A stretch of DNA of 64,000 nucleotides from Candidatus Latescibacterota bacterium (GCA_965203805.1 OZ241917.1:3072001-3136000), one strand, 5' to 3'; counted from the stretch's first letter, positions 18,460-28,328 are shown. Numbers and translations: made by a program. The notes: a model not told the origin generated them from the letters alone.

Positions 18460-19710
18460 ATGTTCAGCACGCTGAAAACAAAAATACCACATCACTGGAT
18501 CGCAGCGGCGGCTGTCGCGATCATTCTGGCCGGTTGCGGCAAGGAAGAACCCCTGACGACGCAGGAAGAGCACTTTGAAGCCGAAGGCCTCGTGCTCGTC
18601 GACGCCGGCCAGAGGTTCTTCCGCTACTTCCAGGGCAGGATTGACTCGGGAGACGGCCGGGCGGATGCCCTGGAGGTCACTCACGGCGAAGTCACCAGCA
18701 AGTGGAGCATCCGTTTCCTGGACAAAGACGGAAACGAAATGGCGCCTCCCACCGGCGAGGGCTTCAGTTTCACGTGGGAGATTGCGGACACGTCGATCGT
18801 GGAGGTCGTCCAGGACGAGGGGGAAGCGGGCATGTTCGTCTTCGCCCTGCGCGGTCTGGAAGACGGCGAAACCACCATCAAGCTTCAGGTCTCCCACGAA
18901 GGCCACGTGGATTTCACCACGCGGGACATTCCGGTCCACGTGGGAGAAGAGTTCGAGGCGGAAGGGCTTGTCATCATCGAATCCGGCTTTCGTTTCTTCC
19001 GCTATTTCCAGGGCGAGATCGACTCTGAAGACGGTCGGGTGTCGGAACTCACGGCGCCGATCGGAATGACGCCTCACTGGCGCATCAAGTTCCTGGACGA
19101 AAACGGCGAAGAAATAGACCCGCCGGAGGATCCCGAATTCACGTTTGCCTGGACCATTGCCGATCCCGACATCGTCGAAGTCGTCCAGGACGAGGGGGAC
19201 GAGGGTTCGTTCGAATTCCACCTGAACGGCTTGCACGAGGGCGAAACCACCATTGTGCTTAAGGTCGAGCACGACGGACACACGGACTTCAGCACCCAGC
19301 CCATCCCCGTGCACGTGGAATCACAGGAGGGGCAACACGGGGAACCCGTCGGGGTTCGACTGAAAGAAGAAGACAGCGGCGACGTGCTGGTCGAGGCGCC
19401 CGTGGCGGGCGAAGGCACAGCCAACGCCGCGCTCTCGGTCGCTGCCGGAGATTCAACCGACCACATCGCGACCGTCTTCTTTGACGAACACGACGTCGAA
19501 TTCCAGCCCGAAGCGCCCGACCATACGCTGGGCATTGCGGTGGCCGACACCTCGCTGCTCGGTATCGACCCGCCTGTAGCGCCCGAATACTGGGCCTTCA
19601 GACTCATCGGAAAAAAGGCCGGCACGACCGCCATCACGCTTTCCATTCTCCACGACGGAGAGGCCGAGGACGAATTCGCGCCGATTTCCGTGACCATCAC
19701 CGCACCGTAG
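18460..19710 (+). CDS. Lipoprotein with three tandem ~120 aa beta-rich repeats; putative metal binding
   Basis: AGGAG RBS, lipobox LAGC; repeats 1-2 run FEAEGLV...H(E/D)GHxDFxTxxIPVHV; third repeat degenerate. Confidence 0.85.
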   Translation: MFSTLKTKIPHHWIAAAAVAIILAGCGKEEPLTTQEEHFEAEGLVLVDAGQRFFRYFQGRIDSGDGRADALEVTHGEVTSKWSIRFLDKDGNEMAPPTGEGFSFTWEIADTSIVEVVQDEGEAGMFVFALRGLEDGETTIKLQVSHEGHVDFTTRDIPVHVGEEFEAEGLVIIESGFRFFRYFQGEIDSEDGRVSELTAPIGMTPHWRIKFLDENGEEIDPPEDPEFTFAWTIADPDIVEVVQDEGDEGSFEFHLNGLHEGETTIVLKVEHDGHTDFSTQPIPVHVESQEGQHGEPVGVRLKEEDSGDVLVEAPVAGEGTANAALSVAAGDSTDHIATVFFDEHDVEFQPEAPDHTLGIAVADTSLLGIDPPVAPEYWAFRLIGKKAGTTAITLSILHDGEAEDEFAPISVTITAP

Positions 19711-19907
19711 AATGAAACGCGGCGGGAGGGTTCTTCTCGCCCTCCCGCCCCTCTCCGGGTCAGGACACGTCCGCATAGGCGGGTAACCGACCCGGCGATT
19801 TGGCATTTCGCCGGCATGTCCGCAAATCCGAAGTTCGTCCGCCGCGCAGGCGGTCGCTCACGCGGAATTCGGGGCGAAGTGAGATTTCCATATCCAGGAG
19901 GACATTA

Positions 19908-22154
19908 ATGTCCAGCACGCCGAAAGCGAAAACACCCAGTCCTTGGATAGCCACGGCAGGGGTTCTTGCCGTGTTCCTGTCCGTGGCCTGTCTGGCCGGT
20001 TTCAGCTCGGCCGCTCAGGCGGTGTTGATCGAAGGGTATATCTTCGACAGCGAGTCCGGACTGCCCATCCGGAACGTGAACGTCCAGCCCGCGGATCACG
20101 CCGCGGGCGCCTCTACGGACGAAAAAGGCCGGTTCGTGCTTCACCTGTCTCCCGGTGTCTATCGGCTGTCCTTTACGCACGTCGGCTATCAGGAAATGCG
20201 CCGCGAACTGAACATCTCGGGGACGAAGCATCCCGTTGTCTATCTGGAACTGGCGCGACTGGATCTCAAGCTGGATCCCATGGACGTCGTGGCCAGGCGC
20301 ACCGAAACCCGGTTTGACGAACTCAAGCAGGCCACCCGCGTGCTTTCGGGCGACGAACTCAGGAAGAAATACAGCATGACGTTGGCCGAGACCATGAAAA
20401 ACGAACTCGGCGTGGCCATCCGCAGCATGGGTCCGGCGCCCGCCCGTCCGGTCATCCGCGGCCTCAGCGGGGACCGCGTCCAGATCAACGTCGACGGCAT
20501 CGAGTCCCAGGACCTCTCATCCACGTCCGCGGACCACGCGGTCACGGTGGAGACGTTCAACGCGGAACGCCTGGAAATCATCCGCGGGCCCCGCACGCTG
20601 CTCCACACGGCCACGGCCGGCGGCGGCGTCATCAACGTCGTCAAGCACAAGATTCCGGAAGCGCGACCACGGCGATTTTTCGGGAGCGTCGGCGCCTATG
20701 GAGAGACGGTAAACCGGGGTTATTTCTCGTCCGCCGCCCTCACCGCGCCCCTCGGGCCGCTGGCGCTTTATGCCGAATCCACGTACCGGGATACCAGGGA
20801 CATCCAGACCCCGGTCGGCAGACTCGCCAATACCCCCATCAACACCAGTACCTATACACTCGGCATGTCCTATGCGGGCGACCGGGGCTACATCGGCGGG
20901 TCGTTTGATCAGTTCGAAACTCAGTACGGCATTCCGGGCGGATTCATCGGCGCCCATCCCAACGGCGCGGATCTGGATATCGAGCGGCGGGTCTTCGAAG
21001 GGAAGGCGGTCTATCGGTTCGACGGCCTTGCGATAGACAGGGCCGAGGTGGGATTCGCCAAGGCCTATTACTACCACGTCGAGTATGAGTCAAGCGGCCT
21101 CATCGGCTCCGAGTTCCTCTTTCATGACTACAGTGGAAATCTCAAACTCTACCTGAACACGGATAGCCAGGAGCAGAACACCGTTCTCACGTCCGGTTTT
21201 CAACAACGAGACCTGCAACTGGGCGGTTTTGTCTTCACCCCTCCCACGCGAAAGCAGGACCTCAACGTCGGGTTGTATCACGAGACAATCTACCGCAATA
21301 TCGAACTTCAGGCTGCCGCCCGGTACAACTACGCCGCCTTCGACCCGCGCCTCACCGCGTTCTCCAACACGAGCCTGGACGTAGACCGCACCTTCCACAC
21401 ATGGTCCGCGGCCTTCAGCCCGCTCGTGCCGGTCACCGACCAGCTGACAGCGGGCATCAGCCTCAGTCGTTCCCAGCGCGCTCCCACCATCGAGGAACTC
21501 TACAACGAGGGACCGCACCTGGCCGCATACACCTTTGAGATTGGCAATATAGAACTCAATGCAGAACGCAGTTTCGGCCTGGAGGCCTTCCTCCACTTTC
21601 TGCGACCGGGTTTCGACCTGGTCGTCACGGGTTTCTGGAACGAGTTCGGCAATTACATCGTGCCTCGAAATACGGGAGAAATCTACTATGCAAAACTCCT
21701 CCCCATCTACGCCGCCGACGGTATCGACGCGAGAATGCTGGGCGTGGAAAGCCACATGAAGTGGCGTCCCGATGCGCGCCTCGAGCTGGAAATGAACCTG
21801 AGCCACGTGCGCGGCGAAAACCGGGACGGACGCGTTCCCCTTCCCGAAATACCGCCCCTGAAGTTCGTGGGAAGCGCGACCTATCGGCACCCGTGGTTAA
21901 CCGCGGGAGGAACCGTGGAATGGGCGGCCGGCCAGAAGCGCGTGGATACGTTCGAAGACACCACCGCCGGATATTCCGTCTTCGGCGTTTACATACAGCG
22001 CGACGTCCTCGCGAGTCAGGTGCGGCACAGCGTTATCCTTTCCCTCGAGAATCTTCTCGACACGGAATACCGGAACCACCTGTCGCGCCTCCGTTCCGTG
22101 ATGCCCGAAACCGGCCGAAGCCTGAAATTGCACTACAGGATGTTTTTCTTTTAG
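19908..22154 (+). CDS. TonB-dependent receptor, ZnuD-like, with N-terminal carboxypeptidase-regulatory-like domain
   Basis: RPVIRGLSGDRV, DHAVT, ERLEIIRGP, ELYNEGPHLA, NLLDTEYRNHLS, C-terminal Phe. Confidence 0.9.
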   Translation: MSSTPKAKTPSPWIATAGVLAVFLSVACLAGFSSAAQAVLIEGYIFDSESGLPIRNVNVQPADHAAGASTDEKGRFVLHLSPGVYRLSFTHVGYQEMRRELNISGTKHPVVYLELARLDLKLDPMDVVARRTETRFDELKQATRVLSGDELRKKYSMTLAETMKNELGVAIRSMGPAPARPVIRGLSGDRVQINVDGIESQDLSSTSADHAVTVETFNAERLEIIRGPRTLLHTATAGGGVINVVKHKIPEARPRRFFGSVGAYGETVNRGYFSSAALTAPLGPLALYAESTYRDTRDIQTPVGRLANTPINTSTYTLGMSYAGDRGYIGGSFDQFETQYGIPGGFIGAHPNGADLDIERRVFEGKAVYRFDGLAIDRAEVGFAKAYYYHVEYESSGLIGSEFLFHDYSGNLKLYLNTDSQEQNTVLTSGFQQRDLQLGGFVFTPPTRKQDLNVGLYHETIYRNIELQAAARYNYAAFDPRLTAFSNTSLDVDRTFHTWSAAFSPLVPVTDQLTAGISLSRSQRAPTIEELYNEGPHLAAYTFEIGNIELNAERSFGLEAFLHFLRPGFDLVVTGFWNEFGNYIVPRNTGEIYYAKLLPIYAADGIDARMLGVESHMKWRPDARLELEMNLSHVRGENRDGRVPLPEIPPLKFVGSATYRHPWLTAGGTVEWAAGQKRVDTFEDTTAGYSVFGVYIQRDVLASQVRHSVILSLENLLDTEYRNHLSRLRSVMPETGRSLKLHYRMFFF

Positions 22155-22231
22155 TTTCGAACGGGCAACTGCAGCGATTGCGCGCGCCACTCCCTCCGAT
22201 CATGGCAGAGTGATATTCCCCTGCAACGCAG

Positions 22232-22271
22232 AGCCCCGGATCCAAACGCCGATCCGGGGCTTGCACTTTTT
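22232..22271 (+). terminator. Rho-independent terminator-like hairpin
   Basis: AGCCCCGGATC-N8-GATCCGGGGCT followed by a T-tract. Confidence 0.65.
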
Positions 22272-22363
22272 GATGCCACGCTTTATCTTTTGGATACTGG
22301 AAATCGTGACAATTACGATTCAGTAGGTACTCACCATTCCATCGAAAACACTCAAGGTACTCT

Positions 22364-22606
22364 ATGGCTGAATCAATGATTGATAAAGATGGCCACCTCA
22401 TGTTGCCCAAGGAAGTCCGGGAGCACCTGCATTTGAATCCAGGAGATCGGCTCAATCTTGTCATTCAAGACAATGGAGACGTGGTCATAAAACCAAATAT
22501 GCGAGACGTTCGAGATTTGAAGGGAATTCTGGCTCCGGCTTCGCAGTCAGTCACCATTGAGGATATGAATCGGGCTATTCGGCAACGAGGCAGCCATACA
22601 CAATGA
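22364..22606 (+). CDS. AbrB/MazE/SpoVT-family antitoxin (VapB-like)
   Basis: GHLMLPKEVREHLHLNPGDRL; ATGA overlap with the PIN gene. Confidence 0.88.
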   Translation: MAESMIDKDGHLMLPKEVREHLHLNPGDRLNLVIQDNGDVVIKPNMRDVRDLKGILAPASQSVTIEDMNRAIRQRGSHTQ

Positions 22607-22989
22607 TTGAGCTGGATACAAACGTACTGGTTCGTTATCTAACACAAGATGACCCGGAACAGTCGAGAATTGCAACACGAGAAATCGAAACGAGTGACGA
22701 GTCTTTTTTCATCACAGCGACTGGATTGTGCGAGCTCGTTTGGGTCTTGGAAACGGCCTATGGATTTAACCGATCGGCAATTTCGCACACACTGAGCGTA
22801 ATACTTCAAACACGTCAATTCGTATTTGACGATAAATTATCACTGGAAAACGCGCTGGACGAATATCAACATGAAAAGGGTGATTTTTCGGACTACGTAC
22901 TCGGCCACAAGAGCAAACTGGCTGGATGCGACAGGACACTTACGTTCGACCGTGCCTTGAAAAATCACGCGCTTTTTGAATTATTGTGA
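22603..22989 (+). CDS. PIN-domain toxin (VapC-like)
   Basis: LDTNVLVRYL, ELVWVL, DFSD, TLTFDRAL. Confidence 0.92.
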   Translation: MIELDTNVLVRYLTQDDPEQSRIATREIETSDESFFITATGLCELVWVLETAYGFNRSAISHTLSVILQTRQFVFDDKLSLENALDEYQHEKGDFSDYVLGHKSKLAGCDRTLTFDRALKNHALFELL

Positions 22990-23123
22990 AGTTGGCATCC
23001 TGCTGCCTTTCATTTGAGTCCACATCAAACTCAGCTTCGCCCTCCAGAATGACGTGACGGATCAACCTGAACTATAGCGAAACCCTGTTTCCTCGATAAC
23101 GCCTGACTGAGCTCAGCCAGCCA

Positions 23124-23882
23124 CTAATCCCACCCTTCGGTTCCGTCCAACATCGCTCGTCGCATAATCGCCTCCGCGGTTCGCGGACACCACTTCCCCA
23201 GGAAGGCCGCCGCGTGATTCCCGACGCCCGGAATGACGCGGCGTTTTTTCTTTTTCATCCCCGTGAGTATCTTCTCCGCCAGTTCTTCGGGCGGCATACG
23301 TTTCTCTTCCCTCGAATTGTCCGGGCTGAATCTCCGGGCATGGTCGGTGCGTGTCGGGCCGGGGAACACCGTCAGGACGTGTATGCCGCACGCCGAGAGC
23401 GCGACCGAGAGACTTCGCGCATAAGACGCCAGCCCGCTCTTGGTTGCCGCGTACGCCGAGGCTCCCGGATAGCTTACATAGTGAGAAAGCGAGGAGACGA
23501 ATACAAGGGATCCGCCGTGCACAATGCGATCGGCATTCAACAACACAGCCGTCAACACCATGGGCGCATAGAGGTTGACGGCGATCACCCGCTCCTGCAT
23601 TTCGAGACTCACCCGTGAAAACGGGCCGACGGCGTTGATGCCGGCGTTGTGGATCAACACGTCGATCGGGTCCGTCGCGCTCAGTTGATCGTGGACGCGC
23701 GCGATACCGTTATCGGTACTCAGATCTGCCACGACGAACCGGGCCCCGAGTTCCCTCTCGAGCCCGGCCGCGCCCCTCGCATCCACGTCCACGCCGGTCA
23801 CGGAATATCCCGCACGAACAAGCCGGCGGGCGAGCGCCTCGCCAATGCCATTCGCCGCGCCCGTTATGACCGCGTGTTTCAT
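23124..23882 (-). CDS. SDR-family oxidoreductase
   Basis: ITGAANGIG, HNAG, YAATK; ATG at 23882 overlaps the upstream stop. Confidence 0.88.
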   Translation of the reverse strand: MKHAVITGAANGIGEALARRLVRAGYSVTGVDVDARGAAGLERELGARFVVADLSTDNGIARVHDQLSATDPIDVLIHNAGINAVGPFSRVSLEMQERVIAVNLYAPMVLTAVLLNADRIVHGGSLVFVSSLSHYVSYPGASAYAATKSGLASYARSLSVALSACGIHVLTVFPGPTRTDHARRFSPDNSREEKRMPPEELAEKILTGMKKKKRRVIPGVGNHAAAFLGKWCPRTAEAIMRRAMLDGTEGWD

Positions 23883-24619
23883 CGTAGCCGCCGTCGCATC
23901 AGGGATTCGATTGCTCCATTGCAATAACGCCCTAAGAACCTCAACGACTTGTTCCTCAATCCAATGGTCGCCACTGACCGCCGCCCGTCGATCGCTCGTG
24001 CGATCTGCCCGGCGATCCGATCTGCCGGCGGAAACGCTCTCGAACGCTCGTTCCGCCACCCCGATTTCCGGTGGATGCCGGTTTGCATCGCCCCCGGATG
24101 GATGACCTGGACGTTCACATCGCGCTCCGCGCGCAGATTGCGCCCCAGAACATCGAGCGCCTCTTTAGTGGCCGCATACACCGCGAAATCCGGACACGGA
24201 AACGCGTGAGCGATGGACCCGATAAGTACGTGTTTGCCATTCGCATTTCTTACACGCGGAACCAGAGCTTGCGTCAGGCGCAGCGGCGCAAGAAGATTGA
24301 CCGCGACGATCTCTCGAATGCTTGCGCCGCTCTGGTCCGCGACGGACCCGTAGTATCCCGTTGCCGCGTTTTGAATGGCCAGATCCAATGAATCTATCTC
24401 CCGCTCGCTCAGAAACAAACTCACTCTGTCCGCGCAATCCGGCTCCGACAGGTCCGCCTCGCAATAGGTCTCTTCGCTGAAGAGTCCGCCTTTGAGCGAG
24501 TCCAGCGCGCGCCTCCCCACCAGCACGAGCCGATCACCACGCGCGCGATAGATGTCCGCAAGCGCCCGGCCGATCCCGTCCGTCGCCCCGGTGATCAGAA
24601 CCGTTTTTCCCCTGCACAT
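23879..24619 (-). CDS. SDR-family oxidoreductase
   Basis: LITGATDGIG, QNAA, YAATK. Confidence 0.88.
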   Translation of the reverse strand: MCRGKTVLITGATDGIGRALADIYRARGDRLVLVGRRALDSLKGGLFSEETYCEADLSEPDCADRVSLFLSEREIDSLDLAIQNAATGYYGSVADQSGASIREIVAVNLLAPLRLTQALVPRVRNANGKHVLIGSIAHAFPCPDFAVYAATKEALDVLGRNLRAERDVNVQVIHPGAMQTGIHRKSGWRNERSRAFPPADRIAGQIARAIDGRRSVATIGLRNKSLRFLGRYCNGAIESLMRRRLR

Positions 24620-24790
24620 TTTAGATTCACCATCCTTCATGGCCGCAACGGCTGTCGCATCCAGGGCTTGCTCATCAACGGGTGAAACCCTATCTTTGGA
24701 CGGACTCCCCTTACAAGCGGCGCAATACACACCCGACGGGACCTACCGGCCAACCCGGGACGAACAGACACGACAAGGAAGGTTTCGCAG

Positions 24791-25729
24791 ATGTTGTCAC
24801 ACGGAGTTTCTAACGAACAGGCCTGGCGGACGGGCAGTATCGACGATTCCGCAGCCTGGTACTACCCGCTGTCCGAGGATTGTCTCTCCAACCTCAGGCG
24901 CATCATCCGCGATGCACGGGGGCACAACCTGCCGATCACGGAAATTTCTCTGCCGGACGTATCGTCCAACGGCTGCGGAGAATGCCTTCAGCCGGCACGT
25001 GACGCGCTGAGTTCGGGACGGGGGTTTGCGATCGTTGAGCGGGCGCCTTGTGATGTCGATGATGCGCTCGCGATGTACTGGACGGTCGGTAACTTCCTCG
25101 GAAGCCCAATGGCGCAGAATATCGAAGGAACGCTGCTGTACGACGTGCGGGACACGGGCAAGAATGTGGCGCAGGGAGCCAGGTTTTCAGTGACCAACGC
25201 AGAGAGCACGTTCCACAACGACAATGCCTTCGGCAAGCCACTGCCCGACGTCGTGGGACTGCTCTGCGTGCGCGCGGCAATTTCCGGCGGACAGAGTCAA
25301 CTGATCAGCGGCTACGCCCTCCACAACGAGCTGTTGGAGAATCACGCTGACGTCCTTGAAATCCTGTATCGACAGTTCTATTTTGATCGTCGAGGACAGT
25401 TCGAAGCAGGGGAATCACCAACGTCTGAATTCCCCGTTTTTCAGTGGCGCGGAGGGGAATTGACGCTCCGGTATTTGCACTACTACATCCAGGTGGGTCA
25501 CGAGCGCGCGGGCAAATCACTGACCGCGGATCAAAGAAGAGCGCTGGGTGTTGTGGAAGCGTTGCTGCGCCGCGAGGACTTCAGGGTGGAGTTCAATCTG
25601 CATCCGGGTCAGATGCTGTTCACGAACAACCGCTGGATCCTGCACAATCGAACCGCATTCGAGGACGATCCCGACCCGAAACGCCGCCGACATTATGTGC
25701 GGCTCTGGCTGCGCCGCCGCGGCCTGTAA
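24791..25729 (+). CDS. TauD/TfdA-family Fe(II)/2-oxoglutarate dioxygenase
   Basis: FHND (HxD) ... LHNRTAFED ... RHYVRLWL. Confidence 0.88.
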   Translation: MLSHGVSNEQAWRTGSIDDSAAWYYPLSEDCLSNLRRIIRDARGHNLPITEISLPDVSSNGCGECLQPARDALSSGRGFAIVERAPCDVDDALAMYWTVGNFLGSPMAQNIEGTLLYDVRDTGKNVAQGARFSVTNAESTFHNDNAFGKPLPDVVGLLCVRAAISGGQSQLISGYALHNELLENHADVLEILYRQFYFDRRGQFEAGESPTSEFPVFQWRGGELTLRYLHYYIQVGHERAGKSLTADQRRALGVVEALLRREDFRVEFNLHPGQMLFTNNRWILHNRTAFEDDPDPKRRRHYVRLWLRRRGL

Positions 25730-25755
25730 TCGAGAACATGGAACGCACCCGGCGC

Positions 25756-26214
25756 TTACCCGTCCACAACCTCATAAACGCCCGAATTGTACATATTCTC
25801 CCGGGTCTCCACCCGGAATACCCAGCAACGTCCATCGGTCTTCTCGCGGATCATCCGGTCTGCATAGTCGAACGCATATTTGGAGGAAGCCTCCATCCCT
25901 ACGTTCGGCATCACGCGCAGATCCACAATCCCCCTCCGGTGCATTTCCTCGAACAGTTCCCGCTCCGGGTCGTCTTCGTTGATCAGCATCGTGTGGTCGA
26001 ACATGTGCTCCAGCCAGGCCTTCAGATCCTTGAGTTTGCCGAAATCCACCACAAAGTGATTTTCGTCCAGCTCGTTGCACGTAAAGTGGAACGTGATGAC
26101 GCGGTTGTAGCCGTGGATGAACTGACAGTGACCGTCGTGATGCGCCTGTCGGTGTGAACACGGTAGATTGTGAAATGTCTTGGTGGACGAAAACCGTCCT
26201 TCCGCTCTGGCCAT
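25756..26214 (-). CDS. queD: 6-carboxy-5,6,7,8-tetrahydropterin synthase (PTPS family)
   Basis: CSHRQ..HCQFIHGY, VVDFGKLK, FDHTML, ETREN. Confidence 0.85.
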   Translation of the reverse strand: MARAEGRFSSTKTFHNLPCSHRQAHHDGHCQFIHGYNRVITFHFTCNELDENHFVVDFGKLKDLKAWLEHMFDHTMLINEDDPERELFEEMHRRGIVDLRVMPNVGMEASSKYAFDYADRMIREKTDGRCWVFRVETRENMYNSGVYEVVDG

Positions 26215-26310
26215 AACTCCCTTCTCTCTTCGCGGTCAATCACTTGGAAGATACGCATTCCACCCTTTCTGTCAAGGCTTCCGCATCGTAATGAAACAAG
26301 GAGAGCGCCG

Positions 26311-27153
26311 ATGATCATCGACACCCATACCCATTTCTACAATCCCGGCCGTCCGGAAGGGGTGCCCTGGCCGCCGCAGGACGACGCCCTGCTCTACCGC
26401 CGCGTGCTTCCAGAAGACTACAAGGCAGTTGCGGTTCCGGAGGGCGTGACCGGCACCGTGGTCGTGGAGGCCAGCGAGTGGTTCGAAGACAATCGCTGGA
26501 TCCTCGATCTTGCCGAAAAAGAGCCCTTCATCGTGGGCTTTGTCGGCAACCTCGACCCGGACGCCGATGCCTTTCAGGACCGGCTTGCGAGCCTGGCGGG
26601 CAACCCGCTTTTCCGGGGCATCCGCCTTCACAGGAGCGAGGTCCGGACCGTCGACGACCTGCTGTTTTCCAGACTCGAACTGCTGGCGCGGCACGACCTC
26701 TCCCTCGATCTGCTGATCGACGTCGAGCAGCTTCACAGTGCCGTCCGCATCGCCGGGCGCCTGCCGGACCTGCGCATTGTCCTCAACCACGTCATCCACG
26801 TACCCATCGACGGCAAAACGCCGGACCCCGAGTGGATCGACGGCCTGCACAACGTCGCGCAGTTCCCAAACATCTACTGCAAGGTGTCCGGCCTCGTCGA
26901 AACCGCCCGGCAAAGACCCGCGCCTCCGGAGTTGATTTACTACGCGCCGACGCTGGACCACCTCTGGGAGATTCTCGGTGCGGACCGGCTCATCTACGCC
27001 AGCAACTGGCCCGTGTGCGAACACGGCGCAGGCTACGCCGCTGTGCAGCGCATCCCCATGGAGTATTTCAGAGCCATTGGAGAGGAAGCGGTCGAAAGGG
27101 TATTCTGGAAGAACGCAAAAGCGGCTTACAGGTGGCCCGATCGCAAGCAATAG
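26311..27153 (+). CDS. Amidohydrolase_2 family (L-fuconolactonase-like)
   Basis: IIDTHTHFY, CKVSGLVE, YASNWPVC. Confidence 0.85.
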   Translation: MIIDTHTHFYNPGRPEGVPWPPQDDALLYRRVLPEDYKAVAVPEGVTGTVVVEASEWFEDNRWILDLAEKEPFIVGFVGNLDPDADAFQDRLASLAGNPLFRGIRLHRSEVRTVDDLLFSRLELLARHDLSLDLLIDVEQLHSAVRIAGRLPDLRIVLNHVIHVPIDGKTPDPEWIDGLHNVAQFPNIYCKVSGLVETARQRPAPPELIYYAPTLDHLWEILGADRLIYASNWPVCEHGAGYAAVQRIPMEYFRAIGEEAVERVFWKNAKAAYRWPDRKQ

Positions 27154-27204
27154 GAATTCACCGGGTGACGGGAGCGCGCCGCACGGACAATTCCGGGAGA
27201 GACG

Positions 27205-27561
27205 TTATCGTTGCCGGGAGAGCATGGGCCCGAGCGGACGTCCGCCAAGCAGATGCATGTGCAGGTGGTAGACTTCCTGGCCGCCGTGGTCCCGACAATT
27301 CACGATCAACCGGTACCCGTCATCGGAAAGCCCCTCCTCTTCCGCGAGACGGGCCGCCACCGTAAACAACCGGCCAAGCGCGGCCTCATCTTTGGAGGAT
27401 ACATCGCTGACGGTGGGTATCGCCTTGTTTGGAACAATCAGAATGTGAGTCGGCGCTTGCGGATTGATATCTCGAAACGCAGTCACCAACTCATCCTGAT
27501 ACGTGATTTCAGACGGTATCTCCTTCCGTATGATCTTGCTGAAGATTGTCTCGTCCGCCAT
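27205..27561 (-). CDS. hinT: Histidine-triad nucleotide-binding protein
   Basis: [26 protein letters not shown]. Confidence 0.93.
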   Translation of the reverse strand: MADETIFSKIIRKEIPSEITYQDELVTAFRDINPQAPTHILIVPNKAIPTVSDVSSKDEAALGRLFTVAARLAEEEGLSDDGYRLIVNCRDHGGQEVYHLHMHLLGGRPLGPMLSRQR

Positions 27562-27694
27562 GAATTCTCCTTTCGGCAATTATCTCTATATGCTATCTTC
27601 TGCGGCCAATGCTGAACAAAAAAACAACGCGGAAATCACAAATCAAGGCATTCTTTAACCTGACCAGCTGTTATCCCGGAGAGAAGGCCGGAAC

Positions 27695-28012
27695 ATGCTT
27701 TCTATCCTCGATCGACTTCTGGCCGCATCAGCGACAGTTCTTCTGCGGTTCTACCGGTTATTTGTCTCTCCTTTCTTTCATTTCGTTTTCGGTCCCGGCA
27801 GCGGGTGCCGGTTTCATCCAACGTGCTCCCGGTACGCGCGTGATTGTTTTCGGCAACATTCCGTTCCGGCCGCCCTGTATCTGTCGGTCTCGCGAGTGCT
27901 GAAATGTCATCCCTTTCACCCCGGGGGAATTGATCCCGTCCCGCCTAACCTTGATTCGTCGCTCTTCGGTCACGTTAAATCGAATATACGCAAGTTAATA
28001 AAGGCGATTTAA
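27695..28012 (+). CDS. yidD: Membrane protein insertion efficiency factor YidD; C-terminus supplied by a MITE
   Basis: CRFHPTCSRYA...RVLKCHPFHPGGIDPVP. Confidence 0.85.
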   Translation: MLSILDRLLAASATVLLRFYRLFVSPFFHFVFGPGSGCRFHPTCSRYARDCFRQHSVPAALYLSVSRVLKCHPFHPGGIDPVPPNLDSSLFGHVKSNIRKLIKAI

Positions 28013-28071
28013 CGGCGGATTTCCAGGAACCTTCAGGTCACTGGACGTGAACGGAAAAAGCGTCCATTCAG
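27949..28071 (+). mobile_element. MITE family A, copy 2 (truncated)
   Basis: CTAA|ccttgattcgtc...aaccttcaggtcactggacgtgaacggaaaaagcgtcc aligns to the full copies. Confidence 0.85.
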
Positions 28072-28215
28072 GCCTCCCCATCCCTTCGCCTGCTGCGGCC
28101 AGCGATGCATTACCCCCGCCTTCTGATACGGCGCCCCTTATCCGAGCGCCGGAGGACGTCACCCTACCCGACCCGGACGCTGTCCGGCACACGCTACCCA
28201 ACCTCCGCCAACCTC

Positions 28216-28245
28216 TTGACGCAATATCGATAAATCATTATCATT
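28216..28245 (+). promoter_or_regulatory. sigma70 promoter P1 with a degenerate Fur-family-like operator
   Basis: TTGACG-N17-TATCAT; atcgataaatcattatcatt overlaps the -10. Confidence 0.65.
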
Positions 28246-28298
28246 ACGGTAGAGATACTCAGGTCCACTTTCTGCGCCTGTGGCCGTGGGCGACCCTC

Positions 28299-28328
28299 TT
28301 GACTCGTTAATGATAATACATTATCATT
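28299..28328 (+). promoter_or_regulatory. sigma70 promoter P2 with a palindromic Fur/Zur-like operator
   Basis: TTGACT-N17-TATCAT; AATGATAAT-AC-ATTATCATT at 28309-28328. Confidence 0.75.
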
